Shown here: positions 7,675-18,023 of the stretch, in pieces
Layout: the number at the start of each line of letters is the position of its first letter
How positions within the stretch are numbered: position 1 is the stretch's first letter
DNA from: a bacterium
GTDB lineage: Bacteria > UBP18 > UBA7526
DNA: 64,000 nucleotides
Assembly: GCA_030615855.1 (NCBI GenBank)
Contig: JAUWYL010000002.1
Span: 1,526-65,525, forward strand
Direction of reading: 5' to 3'
The notes under the pieces: generated by a model
Seen by the model: the letters and a program-made list of their open reading frames with translations, nothing else
What the model was told of the DNA's origin: nothing
Databases searched by the model: none
Made by a program: the position numbers and the translations under genes

Positions 7675-9375
7675 TTATTCTATGCCCCAGTCGATGTAGC
7701 TTCTGAGTCTCTTACTCCTTAAGGGATGGCGAAGCTTTCTTAGGGCCTTGGCCTCGATCTGACGTACCCTCTCCCGGGTAACGTTGAAGATGGTCCCCAC
7801 CTCTTCTAAGGTCCGGGGGGAGCCATCGTCTAGGCCAAAGCGAAGCCTCAGCACCCTTGCCTCCCTCTCAGATAGTGTGGATAGAACCTTTCTTATTTCT
7901 TCCTGGAAGAGTGAGAAGGCGGTAACCTTGGCTGGGGAGGCAGCCTTCTCATCCTCGATGAAATCCCCGAATAGACTATTCCCCTCCTCTCCGATAGGGG
8001 TCTCCAGGGAGATGGGGTTCTGGGAGATTCTCAGTATCTTCTGCACTTTGACTAGGGGGAACTTCATGACTTTTGCGATCTCTTCTGGGGTGGGCCCCCT
8101 TCCCATCTCCTGAACCAGATGGCGTGAGGTGCGGATCAGTTTATTGATAGTTTCGATCATGTGGACCGGGATCCTTATGGTCCTCGCTTGATCAGCAATT
8201 GCTCTAGTAATGGCCTGCCTTATCCACCAGGTAGCATAAGTAGAGAACTTATATCCTCGTTTATATTCAAACTTGTCCACCGCCCTCATGAGACCTATAT
8301 TCCCTTCCTGAATGAGGTCTAAGAAGGAGAGTCCGCGATTCACATATCTCTTGGCAATGGAGACCACCAGTCTCAGGTTGGCCTGAACCATGGCCGTCTT
8401 TGCTCTATGTCTCTTCTCCTCCTCAACCTCAATCTTTCTAGCCAGCTCTTTTAGGGTAGCGGCCTTGTGGCCGGTCTTCCTTTCTACCTCCCGGATCTTG
8501 GCCAGAAGTTTTTTGATCTCACCACTTGTCTTCTTAAGTTTTTCATAATCTATTCTCTTTCTTGGTTTTTTCCTTAACTTTTTCAGGCGCTTCTCCATCT
8601 TCTCATAAGAAAGGCCACATCTTCTCTCAATCTTCTTAATCTCTTTTTCCATCTCTTCTATTCTTTGGACATACTTCAGCACCTTCTGAGCGATTCTTTC
8701 TACTTCCCGGGGTTGAAGGTTGAGCTCCTTTAGGCTCTGAGCAATTCTCTTCTTCTCTACTTTTATTCTCTCTTTTAATTCTTCCCCTTTCCTCTTCCCC
8801 ATTCTTTCTTGGAGGAGGCGCTTATTGGCTCGAGCAATAGAGTTCTTTGCCCTTTTAATTCTTCTCGTCAATTGCAAGACCTTCTGGATCATTTTCTCTT
8901 CCTCTTCCTCAATGGTAATAGCCCTCACCAGAAGGTGAGAGAAGTTTTCTATTCTCATTCTTCTCTTTTCCAGGCGAGTCGCAGTGGAGAGGACCTCATT
9001 CGGGGTAAGAGAGATCTTTAGTACAATCTCCTTCAATCTATCCTGGGTCTCTTCTATTCGCGTTGCCAGGGCAAGCTCCTGGGGACGAGTAAGAAGGGGG
9101 GTTCTGCCCATCTGGGTGAGATACATTCTTACCGGGTCCTCAATCCTTCCCTCTGCCGGGGGCAGTTTCTCTAAAGGAATAGGCCTCTCTTTTAGATCCC
9201 TGACCGCTATCCCTTTCTTCTCTAAAGCAATTAGAATATCATCGATTTCGCGGGAGGCGATGACCTTTGGGGGGAGGGCCTCATTCAGTTCATCCCAGGT
9301 GAGATACCCTTTCTTCTTACCTAAGCTAACCAGTTTCTTTAGAATACGGGAAGATATCTTTTTCTTCTTAACCAT
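7675..9375 (-). CDS. rpoD: RNA polymerase primary sigma factor
   Basis: Region 1.1, [63 protein letters not shown]; start set at ATG 9375 after GGAGGG. Confidence 0.97.
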   Translation of the reverse strand: MVKKKKISSRILKKLVSLGKKKGYLTWDELNEALPPKVIASREIDDILIALEKKGIAVRDLKERPIPLEKLPPAEGRIEDPVRMYLTQMGRTPLLTRPQELALATRIEETQDRLKEIVLKISLTPNEVLSTATRLEKRRMRIENFSHLLVRAITIEEEEEKMIQKVLQLTRRIKRAKNSIARANKRLLQERMGKRKGEELKERIKVEKKRIAQSLKELNLQPREVERIAQKVLKYVQRIEEMEKEIKKIERRCGLSYEKMEKRLKKLRKKPRKRIDYEKLKKTSGEIKKLLAKIREVERKTGHKAATLKELARKIEVEEEKRHRAKTAMVQANLRLVVSIAKRYVNRGLSFLDLIQEGNIGLMRAVDKFEYKRGYKFSTYATWWIRQAITRAIADQARTIRIPVHMIETINKLIRTSRHLVQEMGRGPTPEEIAKVMKFPLVKVQKILRISQNPISLETPIGEEGNSLFGDFIEDEKAASPAKVTAFSLFQEEIRKVLSTLSEREARVLRLRFGLDDGSPRTLEEVGTIFNVTRERVRQIEAKALRKLRHPLRSKRLRSYIDWGIE

Positions 9376-9389
9376 TCTCCCTCCTTGTA

Positions 9390-9550
9390 AACGCTGATAC
9401 TTAATGCACTTCGTTTGCCTTAAGATGTTGCCGCTGATATAGTGCGCAGATTGCCGCTGATAATCTGCGGTCATTGCTTAATATTTATGCTCTCTCGGAT
9501 GCCAACGAAGCGCATCCGGCATCTGCGTTTTGATCTGCGGTCATCTGCGT
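9390..9550. repeat. Intergenic repeat cassette (CGCTGAT/CGCAGAT arm, ATCTGCG arm)
   Basis: cgctgata..cgctgata..cgcagat..cgctgata opposed by atctgcgg..atctgcgt..atctgcgg..atctgcgt; internal hairpin CGGATGC..GCATCCG. Confidence 0.7.
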
Positions 9551-9551
9551 A

Positions 9552-11324
9552 TTAGCCGCGAAAGTGCTTTAAAAGTTCCAGATAGCGCATCCTCTTTTCT
9601 TGGCTAATAGCCCCCTTCTTCTCCAGAACCTCTCTAATCTCTTTCTCTAATCTCCGATACTCCAACTTCAGCTTACTATCCTTAATGGCCTTTATTAGAT
9701 CATTGAGTACTCTCTCCTTTCTGGGATACTCTTTCTTCTCCATGAGAAGGGAGGTGACCATCTGGCTCAAATCGGGATCCTTTAACTGGTCCATTATCCT
9801 AGCTGGGGAAAGAGGTTCTTCTCTGGTGCTCAAATCGAAGATTGCCTGGGCAATCCTTTTATACTCCGGATGAACAAAATCATCTGGTCCGAGCTTCTCC
9901 TGGACTAAAGGGATAAGGCTTTCATCCTTCAGAAGAAGTTGTATGAGAGCGGCCTCTGCTTTAAGGAGGAGATTGGAGGGTCTAGAGCCTACCCGCAGGG
10001 CTTCTTTTGAGAAAGGACGGCCGCTTCTTATCTTCTTCAATTCTATCCAGAGGATTTCCTCCTCTAAAGAGAGCTTTTGGGAAAGCCACTTTATCTCCTC
10101 CCTCTGGCGGATGAGGTTCCTCTCTTTGGCTATGGTGGGAAGAAGATCCTCTGCTATAGCAATCTTTCCCTCTACCTTCTTCGGATCAAACCTGTCCTTG
10201 GCCAGCTGAAATCTCCACTCAATTAAAGGGACGGCCTGGAAGAGGAGGGCTTGGGAGAGAAGCTTAGAGAAGGCCTCTTTGCCCTTATCTTGGACGAAGG
10301 TATCTGGATCATAGCCTCTGGGAAGGGAGGTTACCTTTACCCTTACTCCCTGCTCCAGAAAGAGATCCAAGCCCCTTAAGGTTGTTTGAATTCCAGCCAC
10401 ATCGGCATCATAGAGCATGGTGACCTGAGTGGAGAATCTTTTTAAACGATAGACCTGGCCAGGGGTCAAAGAAGTCCCCATAGAGGCAATAAAATTCTGA
10501 AATCCTTCCTGATGGGGCAGGATGACGTCCATATAACCCTCAACGATTACCGCTTCTCCCTTAGAGCGGATAGCCTCTTTCGCCCAGTTTAATCCATAGA
10601 GCGTCCTACCTTTATCATAGATCGGGGTCTGAGGAGAGTTGAGATATTTTGGCTCACCATCACCCAATACCCTCCCTCCAAATCCCACCACCCTATTCTG
10701 AAGATCAAAGATGGGGAAGATGATTCGATTCCAGAAGTAGGGCTTCCCTTGAGATGTTAGGAGTCCCCCTTTTACTAATAATTCCTGGTCAAAGCCTTTC
10801 TCCTTAAGCCAGGATAGGAGCCCATTCCAAAAGGAAGGGGCATAGCCCAAATTGAATTTTTCAACCGATTCCTTCTTTATCCCCCGGCCTCTGAGATATT
10901 CATAAGCCTTTTTCCCTAAAGGATGTTTTAAGAAAAGATTATGAAAGTAATTAGCAACCAATCCGTTCAACTGATAGAGTCTCTCTTTTTCCTTGGCCAG
11001 GATCTCTTCTTTCCCTGTCTTAGTGATCTCTGGGAGGGAAATCCCAGCCTTCTTGGCCAGCCTCCTCACCGCTTCCGGGAATGAGATATTCTCATACTTC
11101 ATCAGGAAGTTGAAGACATTCCCCCCGATTCCACAGCCAAAACAATGAAAGATTTGCTTCTCCGGACTGACTATAAAGGAGGGAGTTTTTTCTGTATGAA
11201 AGGGGCAGAGAGCCTTGAAGTTCCTTCCTGTCTTCTTTAAGACAACATAATCCCCAATAACAGAGACGATGTCGTTTGCTTCCCGGATTCTATCTAAGAG
11301 GGCATCAGAAATACGATCACTCAT
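9552..11324 (-). CDS. dnaG: DNA primase
   Basis: Zinc finger CPFH..EKTPSF..CFGC, TOPRIM VEGYMD and YDADVAG. Confidence 0.97.
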   Translation of the reverse strand: MSDRISDALLDRIREANDIVSVIGDYVVLKKTGRNFKALCPFHTEKTPSFIVSPEKQIFHCFGCGIGGNVFNFLMKYENISFPEAVRRLAKKAGISLPEITKTGKEEILAKEKERLYQLNGLVANYFHNLFLKHPLGKKAYEYLRGRGIKKESVEKFNLGYAPSFWNGLLSWLKEKGFDQELLVKGGLLTSQGKPYFWNRIIFPIFDLQNRVVGFGGRVLGDGEPKYLNSPQTPIYDKGRTLYGLNWAKEAIRSKGEAVIVEGYMDVILPHQEGFQNFIASMGTSLTPGQVYRLKRFSTQVTMLYDADVAGIQTTLRGLDLFLEQGVRVKVTSLPRGYDPDTFVQDKGKEAFSKLLSQALLFQAVPLIEWRFQLAKDRFDPKKVEGKIAIAEDLLPTIAKERNLIRQREEIKWLSQKLSLEEEILWIELKKIRSGRPFSKEALRVGSRPSNLLLKAEAALIQLLLKDESLIPLVQEKLGPDDFVHPEYKRIAQAIFDLSTREEPLSPARIMDQLKDPDLSQMVTSLLMEKKEYPRKERVLNDLIKAIKDSKLKLEYRRLEKEIREVLEKKGAISQEKRMRYLELLKHFRG

Positions 11325-11345
11325 TTGACCTCACTATATATTCTG

Positions 11346-11437
11346 GGTTAACGGTTTACCCGTCCTTCACTTACGTTCAGGACTGTTTACCGTCTACCGT
11401 TTTTTCACCGTAAACCGTACACCGTTAACCGTAAACG
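11346..11437. repeat. GTTTAC/GTAAAC heptamer cassette
   Basis: ggtttacc-[gtcct..aggac hairpin]-gtttaccgtctaccgt...accgtaaaccgtacaccgttaaccgtaaac. Confidence 0.8.
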
Positions 11438-12397
11438 TTACTTTTTGTGTTTATATCTTCCGAATCCCGAGCAGGGAATGATGGTGAGTCTTCCCTTCTT
11501 CTCTATCTCATCTAAAAGAAGATTTATTCCTAGGGTGTCGCTTGCCATATGGCCGGCAACGATGATATTGATGTGATGCTTCTCCGCCTCTTTATAATGT
11601 TTCTCAGAGATATGCATGCCCACAATGGTTCCCACCCCGGCAGTAGATAACTTCTCAAATATCTTCTCCGATCCTTCCGTTCCTCCGGTCATATCGACAA
11701 ATACCTTTCCTGCGCTCCTTTCCTTCCTTCCAATGATCACCTTGGGGCCGGCATTGCTCTTGAAGGATTCTTTATATTCTGGGATTCTCTTTAGGATCTC
11801 CATCACTTCTTCCACAGTATCCGGTTTCTCCCTATCCATGACCTTCTTCAAATAGGTGGCTACCATGTTATCTGCCGGGGTATGGATGCACAGGAAGGGG
11901 ATATCCAAAAGCCTTGCCATATCCACAGCCCTCATATAATTGACAGGAAGGACCTTCCTCTCCACTTCCTTTATCCTGGATTCCAATAAATCCTCTGCCA
12001 CATTTATTGGGATGCCATACTGGGATAGGATCTGGGCCTGCATGCCCATTACCTCATAGAAGGAGGCATAGGCCCGGCCAGCAGGATGGTGGGAGAGAGC
12101 CAGGTCTATTTTCTTTCCTTGAGCACGTAATCTATCTGCCAAAAGGAGCTCTCCTTCCCCGATATCTATCCCCACTAAGAGGGTCTTGATCTCTTTATCT
12201 GAATCCCCATAAAGTATCCTGGTATCACTATAGGGATGAGCGAGTTTCTCTAAATCGAAGTCCCTCTTCTCTTCCTTTGCTAACTTATCATATTCTTTCC
12301 TTCGCCTCTTTAGGACTTTCTCTACCTCTCTCTTTCCCCTGGGGTCATTTGCCATTCCCTTTTCCACTGCCAATCTATGGATTCTCTCCAGTTTCAT
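11438..12397 (-). CDS. Nif3/GTP cyclohydrolase 1 type 2-like dinuclear metal protein
   Basis: GID, SHHP, HTPADN, GHMASD motifs; conserved position upstream of dnaG. Confidence 0.8.
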   Translation of the reverse strand: MKLERIHRLAVEKGMANDPRGKREVEKVLKRRRKEYDKLAKEEKRDFDLEKLAHPYSDTRILYGDSDKEIKTLLVGIDIGEGELLLADRLRAQGKKIDLALSHHPAGRAYASFYEVMGMQAQILSQYGIPINVAEDLLESRIKEVERKVLPVNYMRAVDMARLLDIPFLCIHTPADNMVATYLKKVMDREKPDTVEEVMEILKRIPEYKESFKSNAGPKVIIGRKERSAGKVFVDMTGGTEGSEKIFEKLSTAGVGTIVGMHISEKHYKEAEKHHINIIVAGHMASDTLGINLLLDEIEKKGRLTIIPCSGFGRYKHKK

Positions 12398-12505
12398 CCT
12401 GTTAGACCTCCTTTCTCAATTTTTATCCTGCAAATATCCTATTTTTTATAAAAATTACTTTTCCTCCTGTTACACCTGTGATTTATTTAGGTCTAACGGG
12501 ATTCA

Positions 12506-13309
12506 TTAAGATTTACCTCCTTCTTTGACCAATTCCTTTAAGATTTGATCTATCTCAATCTTTTCTATCTCCGCCTTCAATCTCTTTTTAAGTTCTCCCA
12601 TCTCAATCTCATCAATCGATTTTTTTAAGGCTTCTTTGATCTCCCCCACTTTTTCCTTACTAATTCCTTTTTTTACCAGGGTCTCCATCGTCTCTCTATC
12701 CAGTTTTTCTCTCAACATCTCCTTGATTTTATTGCGCACCATGGCTTCCTGGTTTTTCTTGGGAAGGACCGGGACTTTGGGAAAGAACTTTTGATATTCG
12801 AATTTCTTCCCAGAAGGAATTGCCTTGACTACTAAATTGTAAAAGGCTGGGGCAAGGCCCCTTACGGGTTCTACCAGGAGGGTCTTATTGAATTCGTCTT
12901 TCAATCTTTCTTCCATGCTCGGGAGGGGTGAAGAAAGGAGGAGGGAGGCATTTAGGAGGAGACTTAGGATGAGAGCCAGTTTCAAGACTCCGAATCCTCC
13001 TCCTCCAATCATGTCCAGCCACCTTATGGCCAGGAACCTGGTTGCTCGACGCAAGAAGAGGCCCAAGAGATAGCAGGCTCCGGCAACAATAAAGGAGATT
13101 AAAAGGAACCCAACGCCGTTAGCCACCATGACCGGCCAATTGAAGAGGCTTACCAGGTAATTTCCCAAGGTCTGGAAGTGATGGAAGGCAATGATAACTG
13201 CTAAAACAATTCCCAATAACTGAAAGACCTCTCTAAAGAATCCCTTGAATAATCCTCTGATCAGGCCATAGGCTAAAGCGATAACGATTACTCCATCTAA
13301 CCAGTTCAT
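12506..13309 (-). CDS. CvpA (colicin V production) family membrane protein with charged C-terminal extension
   Basis: MNWLD..GLIRGLFKGFFRE, four TM segments, WLDMIGGGGFG. Confidence 0.85.
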   Translation of the reverse strand: MNWLDGVIVIALAYGLIRGLFKGFFREVFQLLGIVLAVIIAFHHFQTLGNYLVSLFNWPVMVANGVGFLLISFIVAGACYLLGLFLRRATRFLAIRWLDMIGGGGFGVLKLALILSLLLNASLLLSSPLPSMEERLKDEFNKTLLVEPVRGLAPAFYNLVVKAIPSGKKFEYQKFFPKVPVLPKKNQEAMVRNKIKEMLREKLDRETMETLVKKGISKEKVGEIKEALKKSIDEIEMGELKKRLKAEIEKIEIDQILKELVKEGGKS

Positions 13310-13435
13310 CTCCCCTCCTTCGCTTTGCTCAGTCGGGAGTGAACAGTGAACAGTGAACAGTTTACAATTCGCGTTGATTCGCGTTGGTTATTTAGGTTCA
13401 TCTGCTTCTGTTATTCGCGTAGATTCGCGTTTTGT
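13310..13435. repeat. Composite repeat cassette overlapping the yqeY 3' end
   Basis: GTGAACA x3, ATTCGCG x4 (two copies inside the yqeY reading frame), CTTCGCTTTGCTCAG next to the cvpA start. Confidence 0.7.
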
Positions 13436-13879
13436 GAGCCTCTCCCTGACTAGCTGATTAACTACCTTACCATCTGCTCTTCCCTTAGTCTTTCCCATGA
13501 CAGCGCCCATTACCTTCCCCATATCCTTCACGTCTTTCGCGCCTATTTCCTCAATCGTCTCCTCTATTATTCTTCCTAGTTCCTCTGGAGAAAACTCTTT
13601 GGGCAGATATTCTTTGATAATCTCGAGTTCTTTGGTTTCTTTCTCCACCAGGTCTTCTCGCTTACCTTTCTTATATTCCTCAATTGACTCTTTTCTCTTC
13701 TTGGCTTCAGTGCTTAAGGCACCAATGAGATCAGACTCTTTCAGTTCCTTATTCTTCCCCTTAGCGATTTCTAGGTTTTTAATTGCTGCTAAGAGAAGGC
13801 GGATGGTGGAGAGCCTCAAGGTATCCTTCTCCCTCAGGGCCTTTCTCATATCCTCATTCAACTTTTCCTTTAGATTCAT
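13388..13879 (-). CDS. yqeY: GatB/YqeY domain protein
   Basis: [39 protein letters not shown]; last ~15 aa derive from repeat DNA. Confidence 0.92.
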   Translation of the reverse strand: MNLKEKLNEDMRKALREKDTLRLSTIRLLLAAIKNLEIAKGKNKELKESDLIGALSTEAKKRKESIEEYKKGKREDLVEKETKELEIIKEYLPKEFSPEELGRIIEETIEEIGAKDVKDMGKVMGAVMGKTKGRADGKVVNQLVRERLTKRESTRITEADEPK

Positions 13880-14133
13880 CTTCTCCCTCTCCCCCTCTCT
13901 CTTCCTTTTCCTCCTCCTCTTCCTCTTTCTATTCTGCCTCTCCTTGCTCGGGCGAGTCTCTTCCTGCGGCGCTTTTCGGCCTCAATCTTCTTTCTCCTTC
14001 TCTTCTCAGAGGGCTTCTCATAATGCCTTCTCTTCTTTGCTTCTGAAAGGATGCCCGATCTCTGAAGTGCTCTCTTGAATCTTCTCAGGGCCTCTTCGAT
14101 AGACTCATGTTCTCTTACTTCTATCTTTGCCAT
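13876..14133 (-). CDS. rpsU: 30S ribosomal protein bS21 with Arg/Gly-rich tail
   Basis: [21 protein letters not shown]; typical HIT-rpsU-yqeY order. Confidence 0.93.
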   Translation of the reverse strand: MAKIEVREHESIEEALRRFKRALQRSGILSEAKKRRHYEKPSEKRRRKKIEAEKRRRKRLARARRGRIERGRGGGKGRERGRGRR

Positions 14134-14152
14134 TCAATAAACACCTCCTTCT

Positions 14153-14263
14153 AAACGCGATTTTCTTGTATTGCTTACTGCTTGGGTCCATAGACCGCGA
14201 ATAGTCGCGAATTCTTTTATTCGCGTAGATTCGCGTGTTTTTAGATTCGCGATGATTTGCGTC
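14153..14263. repeat. CGCGAAT/ATTCGCG cassette with GCTTACTGCTTGGGT core
   Basis: acgcgatt..gcttactgcttgggtc..ccgcgaat..tcgcgaat opposed by attcgcg x3 and atttgcg. Confidence 0.75.
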
Positions 14264-14611
14264 TTAGCCGGGAGGCCAACCGAGTTTCCTTCCCCCCAAT
14301 AGATGGAAGTGGATGTGAAAGACCTCCTGGCCAGAATCCGGACCACAGTTGGTTACAATTCTAAAACCACACTGGGCAGTGGATTTTTCCTTAGCTAATT
14401 TATTGGCCACTAAATAGGTATGACCTATTAGCTCCCTATCCTCCTCGCTCAAATCTAAGAGAGTGGAGATATGCTTCTTGGGAATAATGAGAAGATGAAC
14501 TGGCGCTTGAGGGTTGATATCCTTTATGGCGATCAGTCTGTCGTCCTCATATGCTATTTCGCTTGGAATCTCCTTCTTTATAATCTTACAGAAAAGACAT
14601 TCTTTCATCAT
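14264..14611 (-). CDS. hinT: Histidine triad nucleotide-binding protein
   Basis: CLFCKI, DINPQAPVHLLIIPK, GQEVFHIHFHLLGG (HxHxH); start set at ATG 14611. Confidence 0.93.
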   Translation of the reverse strand: MMKECLFCKIIKKEIPSEIAYEDDRLIAIKDINPQAPVHLLIIPKKHISTLLDLSEEDRELIGHTYLVANKLAKEKSTAQCGFRIVTNCGPDSGQEVFHIHFHLLGGRKLGWPPG

Positions 14612-14612
14612 A

Positions 14613-14684
14613 GCCTCGCTATCGCTCGGAAGTAACAAGTAACAGTGAGCAAGTAGTAATTGTTCATTGTTCAATGTTCATTGT
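14613..14684. repeat. GTAACA / TTGTTCA heptamer cassette
   Basis: agtaaca agtaaca gtgagca opposed by ttgttca ttgttca atgttca ttgttca; CCTCGCTATCGCTCGG next to the HIT start. Confidence 0.7.
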
Positions 14685-15977
14685 TCAATGTAATTTTCCT
14701 ATAACATATCCTTTCTTTATCTCACCAATCTTCACTTTAACTATCTCATTTACCAAGTCTTCTGGGCCATTAAAAATTACTCTGATATAGTTATCAGTGA
14801 AACCTGTCAAATAATTATTCCTTTTTCTTTCCACAAGAACCTCTAAGGTTTCACCCAAAAATGACCGGCTAAATTCTTCTTGCATTTTAAAAGATAACTT
14901 TAATAATCTTTCACTCTTTTTCTTAATCTCTTTCTCTCCAGATTTTTTCATAAGTTTTGCGGCAGGTGTTCCGGGACGAGGAGAAAATCTGAAGATGTGC
15001 ATTTTAGAAAACTTCATCTTCTTGATAAAGTTATAGGTATTCCCAAACTCCTCTTCTCCTTCCCCAGGAAAGCCGACCATAATATCGGTAGTAATCGCCA
15101 CCCCTTTAATCTTCTTCCTGATTTTCTCGATTAAATCCTGGTAATAGGAAGAATGGTAAGGGCGATTCATCCTTCTTAAAACTTCATTATCGCCACTCTG
15201 CAAGGGAATATGGAGATGAGAGCAGACCTTGGGAAGCTGGGCAATTCTATCTATTAAGTCCTCATCCAGGTCCTCTGGTTCTATAGAACTCAATCTAATG
15301 CGCCTAAGACCTTCTATCTCATGGGCCTTCTTTAAGAGCAGCGCAAGAGTGAAGCCATTGTTTAGATCCTCTCTCCAGGAGCCTAAACGAATACCGGTTA
15401 AGACGATCTCCTTGAAGCCGTTTCTTACCAGCCCCTCTATTTCTTCTAACGTATCTTTTAGTGGTCGGCTTTTCTGCTTTCCCCGAACATAGGGGATGAT
15501 ACAGTAGGAACAGTAGTTTTCACAGCCATCCTGTATTTTGACGAAGGCTCTGGAATGAGATCGGTGTTTACTTACTGAAAGTGTATCATATCTTGAGCAA
15601 GAGTCGACATCTTCCACAAAGATTTCTGGTTCTGGGTTCTTTTCTCCTCCATTAAGAAAGGAGGCTATGCCATTCTTCTCCCGATTTCCTAAGATTAAGT
15701 CCACCCCTTGAATCTCAGCGATCCTTTGGGGAAACCTCTGAGCATAGCAGCCAGTAACAGCGATGAAGGCCTTCGGGTTTTTTCTTATTACGTTTCTTAT
15801 CTGTTGGCGAGACTTCTGATCGGCCCTATTGGTCACCGTGCAGGTATTGATGATGTAGATATCTGCTCTCTCTTTATTAGAGACTATTCTGCAATCTTTC
15901 GCCAGGGCTTCTCGCATGGCCTGGGTATCGTATTGATTCACCTTACAGCCCAGGGTATGAAAGGCAACGCTTCTCAT
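14685..15977 (-). CDS. mtaB: tRNA t6A methylthiotransferase MtaB
   Basis: TLGCKVNQYD, INTCTVT, KIQDGCENYCSYC (radical SAM), HLHIPLQSG, C-terminal TRAM-like domain; follows rsmE. Confidence 0.92.
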   Translation of the reverse strand: MRSVAFHTLGCKVNQYDTQAMREALAKDCRIVSNKERADIYIINTCTVTNRADQKSRQQIRNVIRKNPKAFIAVTGCYAQRFPQRIAEIQGVDLILGNREKNGIASFLNGGEKNPEPEIFVEDVDSCSRYDTLSVSKHRSHSRAFVKIQDGCENYCSYCIIPYVRGKQKSRPLKDTLEEIEGLVRNGFKEIVLTGIRLGSWREDLNNGFTLALLLKKAHEIEGLRRIRLSSIEPEDLDEDLIDRIAQLPKVCSHLHIPLQSGDNEVLRRMNRPYHSSYYQDLIEKIRKKIKGVAITTDIMVGFPGEGEEEFGNTYNFIKKMKFSKMHIFRFSPRPGTPAAKLMKKSGEKEIKKKSERLLKLSFKMQEEFSRSFLGETLEVLVERKRNNYLTGFTDNYIRVIFNGPEDLVNEIVKVKIGEIKKGYVIGKLH

Positions 15978-16753
15978 CCCATATCACCCAGTTCATACAG
16001 AATCATGGCTAAGGTTATCAATCCCGCAGTTTCGGTGCGCAAGAGTCTTGGTCCTAGGCTTACCGGAACCGCCCCCTTCTCCTTTGCTGCCTCTACTTCT
16101 TCGGAAGTAAATCCTCCCTCTGGGCCGATAAAGACCGTGATCGGTAATCGCCCGCCAGAGGCGAGGTCTCGCCCCTCTGGGGCGGAGTGATCGGTGATTG
16201 ATTTTAAAACTTCTTTCAGAGAAGTAGTTTCCTCTTCTTCCCAAGGGATGAGGTTCAGATTTTCTTCACTTATATTACTGAGTGATTGGACAAAAGTGGT
16301 TATTGCATCGACTTCTGGAATGATTGCTCTACCAGATTGCTTTGCGGCCTCAAGGGCAATCCTCTGCCAGCGATTTCTTCGCGCTCTTACCTTTTCTTCA
16401 TTCAACTTGACAACCGTTCTCTGGGTGATGACTGGAATTATTCTTTTCACTCCCAGTTCCGTGGCCTTCTGGACGATGAGGTCCATCTTATCAGACTTGG
16501 GTAATCCCTGAACCAAGGTTATTTCAATTGGTGGCTCAGTATCTAATTTGCTCTCCTTCAGAATTTTCCCTATTACTTCTTTTTTGCTGGCTTGAATTAT
16601 CTCCGTTAAGTATTCTTTTCCTTTCCCAGTGAAGACTTTTATTTTATCTCTCTCTTTTAGTCTCAAAACCTGGGCGATATGCCTTGCTTCATCCCCCTTT
16701 ATAGTAACCTGGTTTTCCTTAATATCTTTCTCTTCAACAAAGAAACGCCTCAT
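15974..16753 (-). CDS. rsmE: 16S rRNA m3U1498 methyltransferase RsmE
   Basis: [42 protein letters not shown]; carries a short in-frame insert. Confidence 0.96.
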   Translation of the reverse strand: MRRFFVEEKDIKENQVTIKGDEARHIAQVLRLKERDKIKVFTGKGKEYLTEIIQASKKEVIGKILKESKLDTEPPIEITLVQGLPKSDKMDLIVQKATELGVKRIIPVITQRTVVKLNEEKVRARRNRWQRIALEAAKQSGRAIIPEVDAITTFVQSLSNISEENLNLIPWEEEETTSLKEVLKSITDHSAPEGRDLASGGRLPITVFIGPEGGFTSEEVEAAKEKGAVPVSLGPRLLRTETAGLITLAMILYELGDMG

Positions 16754-17925
16754 TTAAAGGTATCTCTTAACTTATCAAAAACACTTTTCTCCGGCTTTCC
16801 CAGTTTTTCGCCACCTGCTTTGGCAAATTCTCTCAGGATTTCTTTTTGCTTTTCATTGAGTCTGGCAGGTACCTGAACAATAACCTTTACATACTCATCG
16901 CCCTTACCATGGCCATGGAGGGAAGGAACCCCTTTTCCTCTTAATCGGAAAACCCTATCTGTCTGGGTTCCAGGAGGAATCTTCATGGTTGCCTTTCCCT
17001 CTAAGGTGGGAACTTTGATCTCTCCTCCTAAGGTCGCGGTAACGAAATTAAGGGGTACTTCACAGTAGAGGTCGCTTCCCTCTCGTTCAAATATCTTATG
17101 GGGGGTTAGACGAATGGTGACATAGAGGTCACCCGATGGACCACCAAGCTCTCCGGCTTCTCCTTTACCCCTTACCCTGATCGAAGTTCCGGTATCCACA
17201 CCGGAAGGAACCTTCAGAGATATCTTGGAGGCTTTCTTGATCTTTCCTCTACCATGGCACTGGCCGCAGGTCTCTTTAATCACCTCTCCGGCTCCCCGGC
17301 ATTGGGGACAGGTAGTAACAGTAGCGATCTGACCAAATATAGAGCTGGAAACCTGCCTGACCTGCCCCTGGCCCTGGCATTGAAAGCAAGTCTTCTTTCC
17401 CGTTCTTGGCTTTGCTCCGCTTCCCTTGCAGGTAGAACAGGTAACGGTATGATAGATACTTATCTTCTTTTCACTTCCCCTGACGGCTTCTTCCAGGGTA
17501 ATATCCAAGAGATACTCTAAGTCCGCACCCCGTTGGGGACCCCTTGTTGCCCGGGTACCAAAGAATTCTCCAAAAATATCAGAAAAGGTTCCTCCACCAC
17601 TAAAACCTCTCAGGATATCTTCAAAACCCCGACCGCCAAAGATACTCCCAAAGTCGGCCCCCCGAAAGATATCCTGATAAGTGTACTGGCCATCGATACC
17701 CGCATGGCCAAACTGGTCGTAGGTAGTCTTCTTCTCTGAATCAGAGAGAACAGCATAGGCCTCAGATATCTCCTTAAACTTCTCCTCTGCTTTCTTCTTC
17801 TTATCTGGGGGCACCTTATCTGGATGATTCTGAAGAGCCAGGGTTCTATAGGCTTTCTTTATCTCATCTGAGGAGGCATTCCGATCTATGCCCAGTATCT
17901 CATAATAATCACGCTTTATGGTCAC
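16750..17925 (-). CDS. dnaJ: Chaperone DnaJ
   Basis: J domain with HPD, G/F-rich region, four CxxCxGxG repeats. Confidence 0.98.
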   Translation of the reverse strand: MTIKRDYYEILGIDRNASSDEIKKAYRTLALQNHPDKVPPDKKKKAEEKFKEISEAYAVLSDSEKKTTYDQFGHAGIDGQYTYQDIFRGADFGSIFGGRGFEDILRGFSGGGTFSDIFGEFFGTRATRGPQRGADLEYLLDITLEEAVRGSEKKISIYHTVTCSTCKGSGAKPRTGKKTCFQCQGQGQVRQVSSSIFGQIATVTTCPQCRGAGEVIKETCGQCHGRGKIKKASKISLKVPSGVDTGTSIRVRGKGEAGELGGPSGDLYVTIRLTPHKIFEREGSDLYCEVPLNFVTATLGGEIKVPTLEGKATMKIPPGTQTDRVFRLRGKGVPSLHGHGKGDEYVKVIVQVPARLNEKQKEILREFAKAGGEKLGKPEKSVFDKLRDTFK

Positions 17926-17941
17926 TTTGTAAATACCCTAT

Positions 17942-18023
17942 CGTTATACCTGTTATTCCCGTTAGACCCGTTATTTCCGTTCAACGGGCAAAACGGGCTC
18001 AACGGACGGAACGGACTAAACGC
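17942..18023. repeat. CCGTT / AACGG cassette
   Basis: cctgtta..cccgtta..cccgtta..tccgttc opposed by aacggg..aacggg..aacgga..aacgga. Confidence 0.7.

Noticed and set aside
14134-14346. 70-aa minus-strand ORF between HIT and rpsU
   Set aside because: Overlaps HIT in another frame and consists of repeat-cassette DNA (RESTRI motifs from CGCGAAT units).
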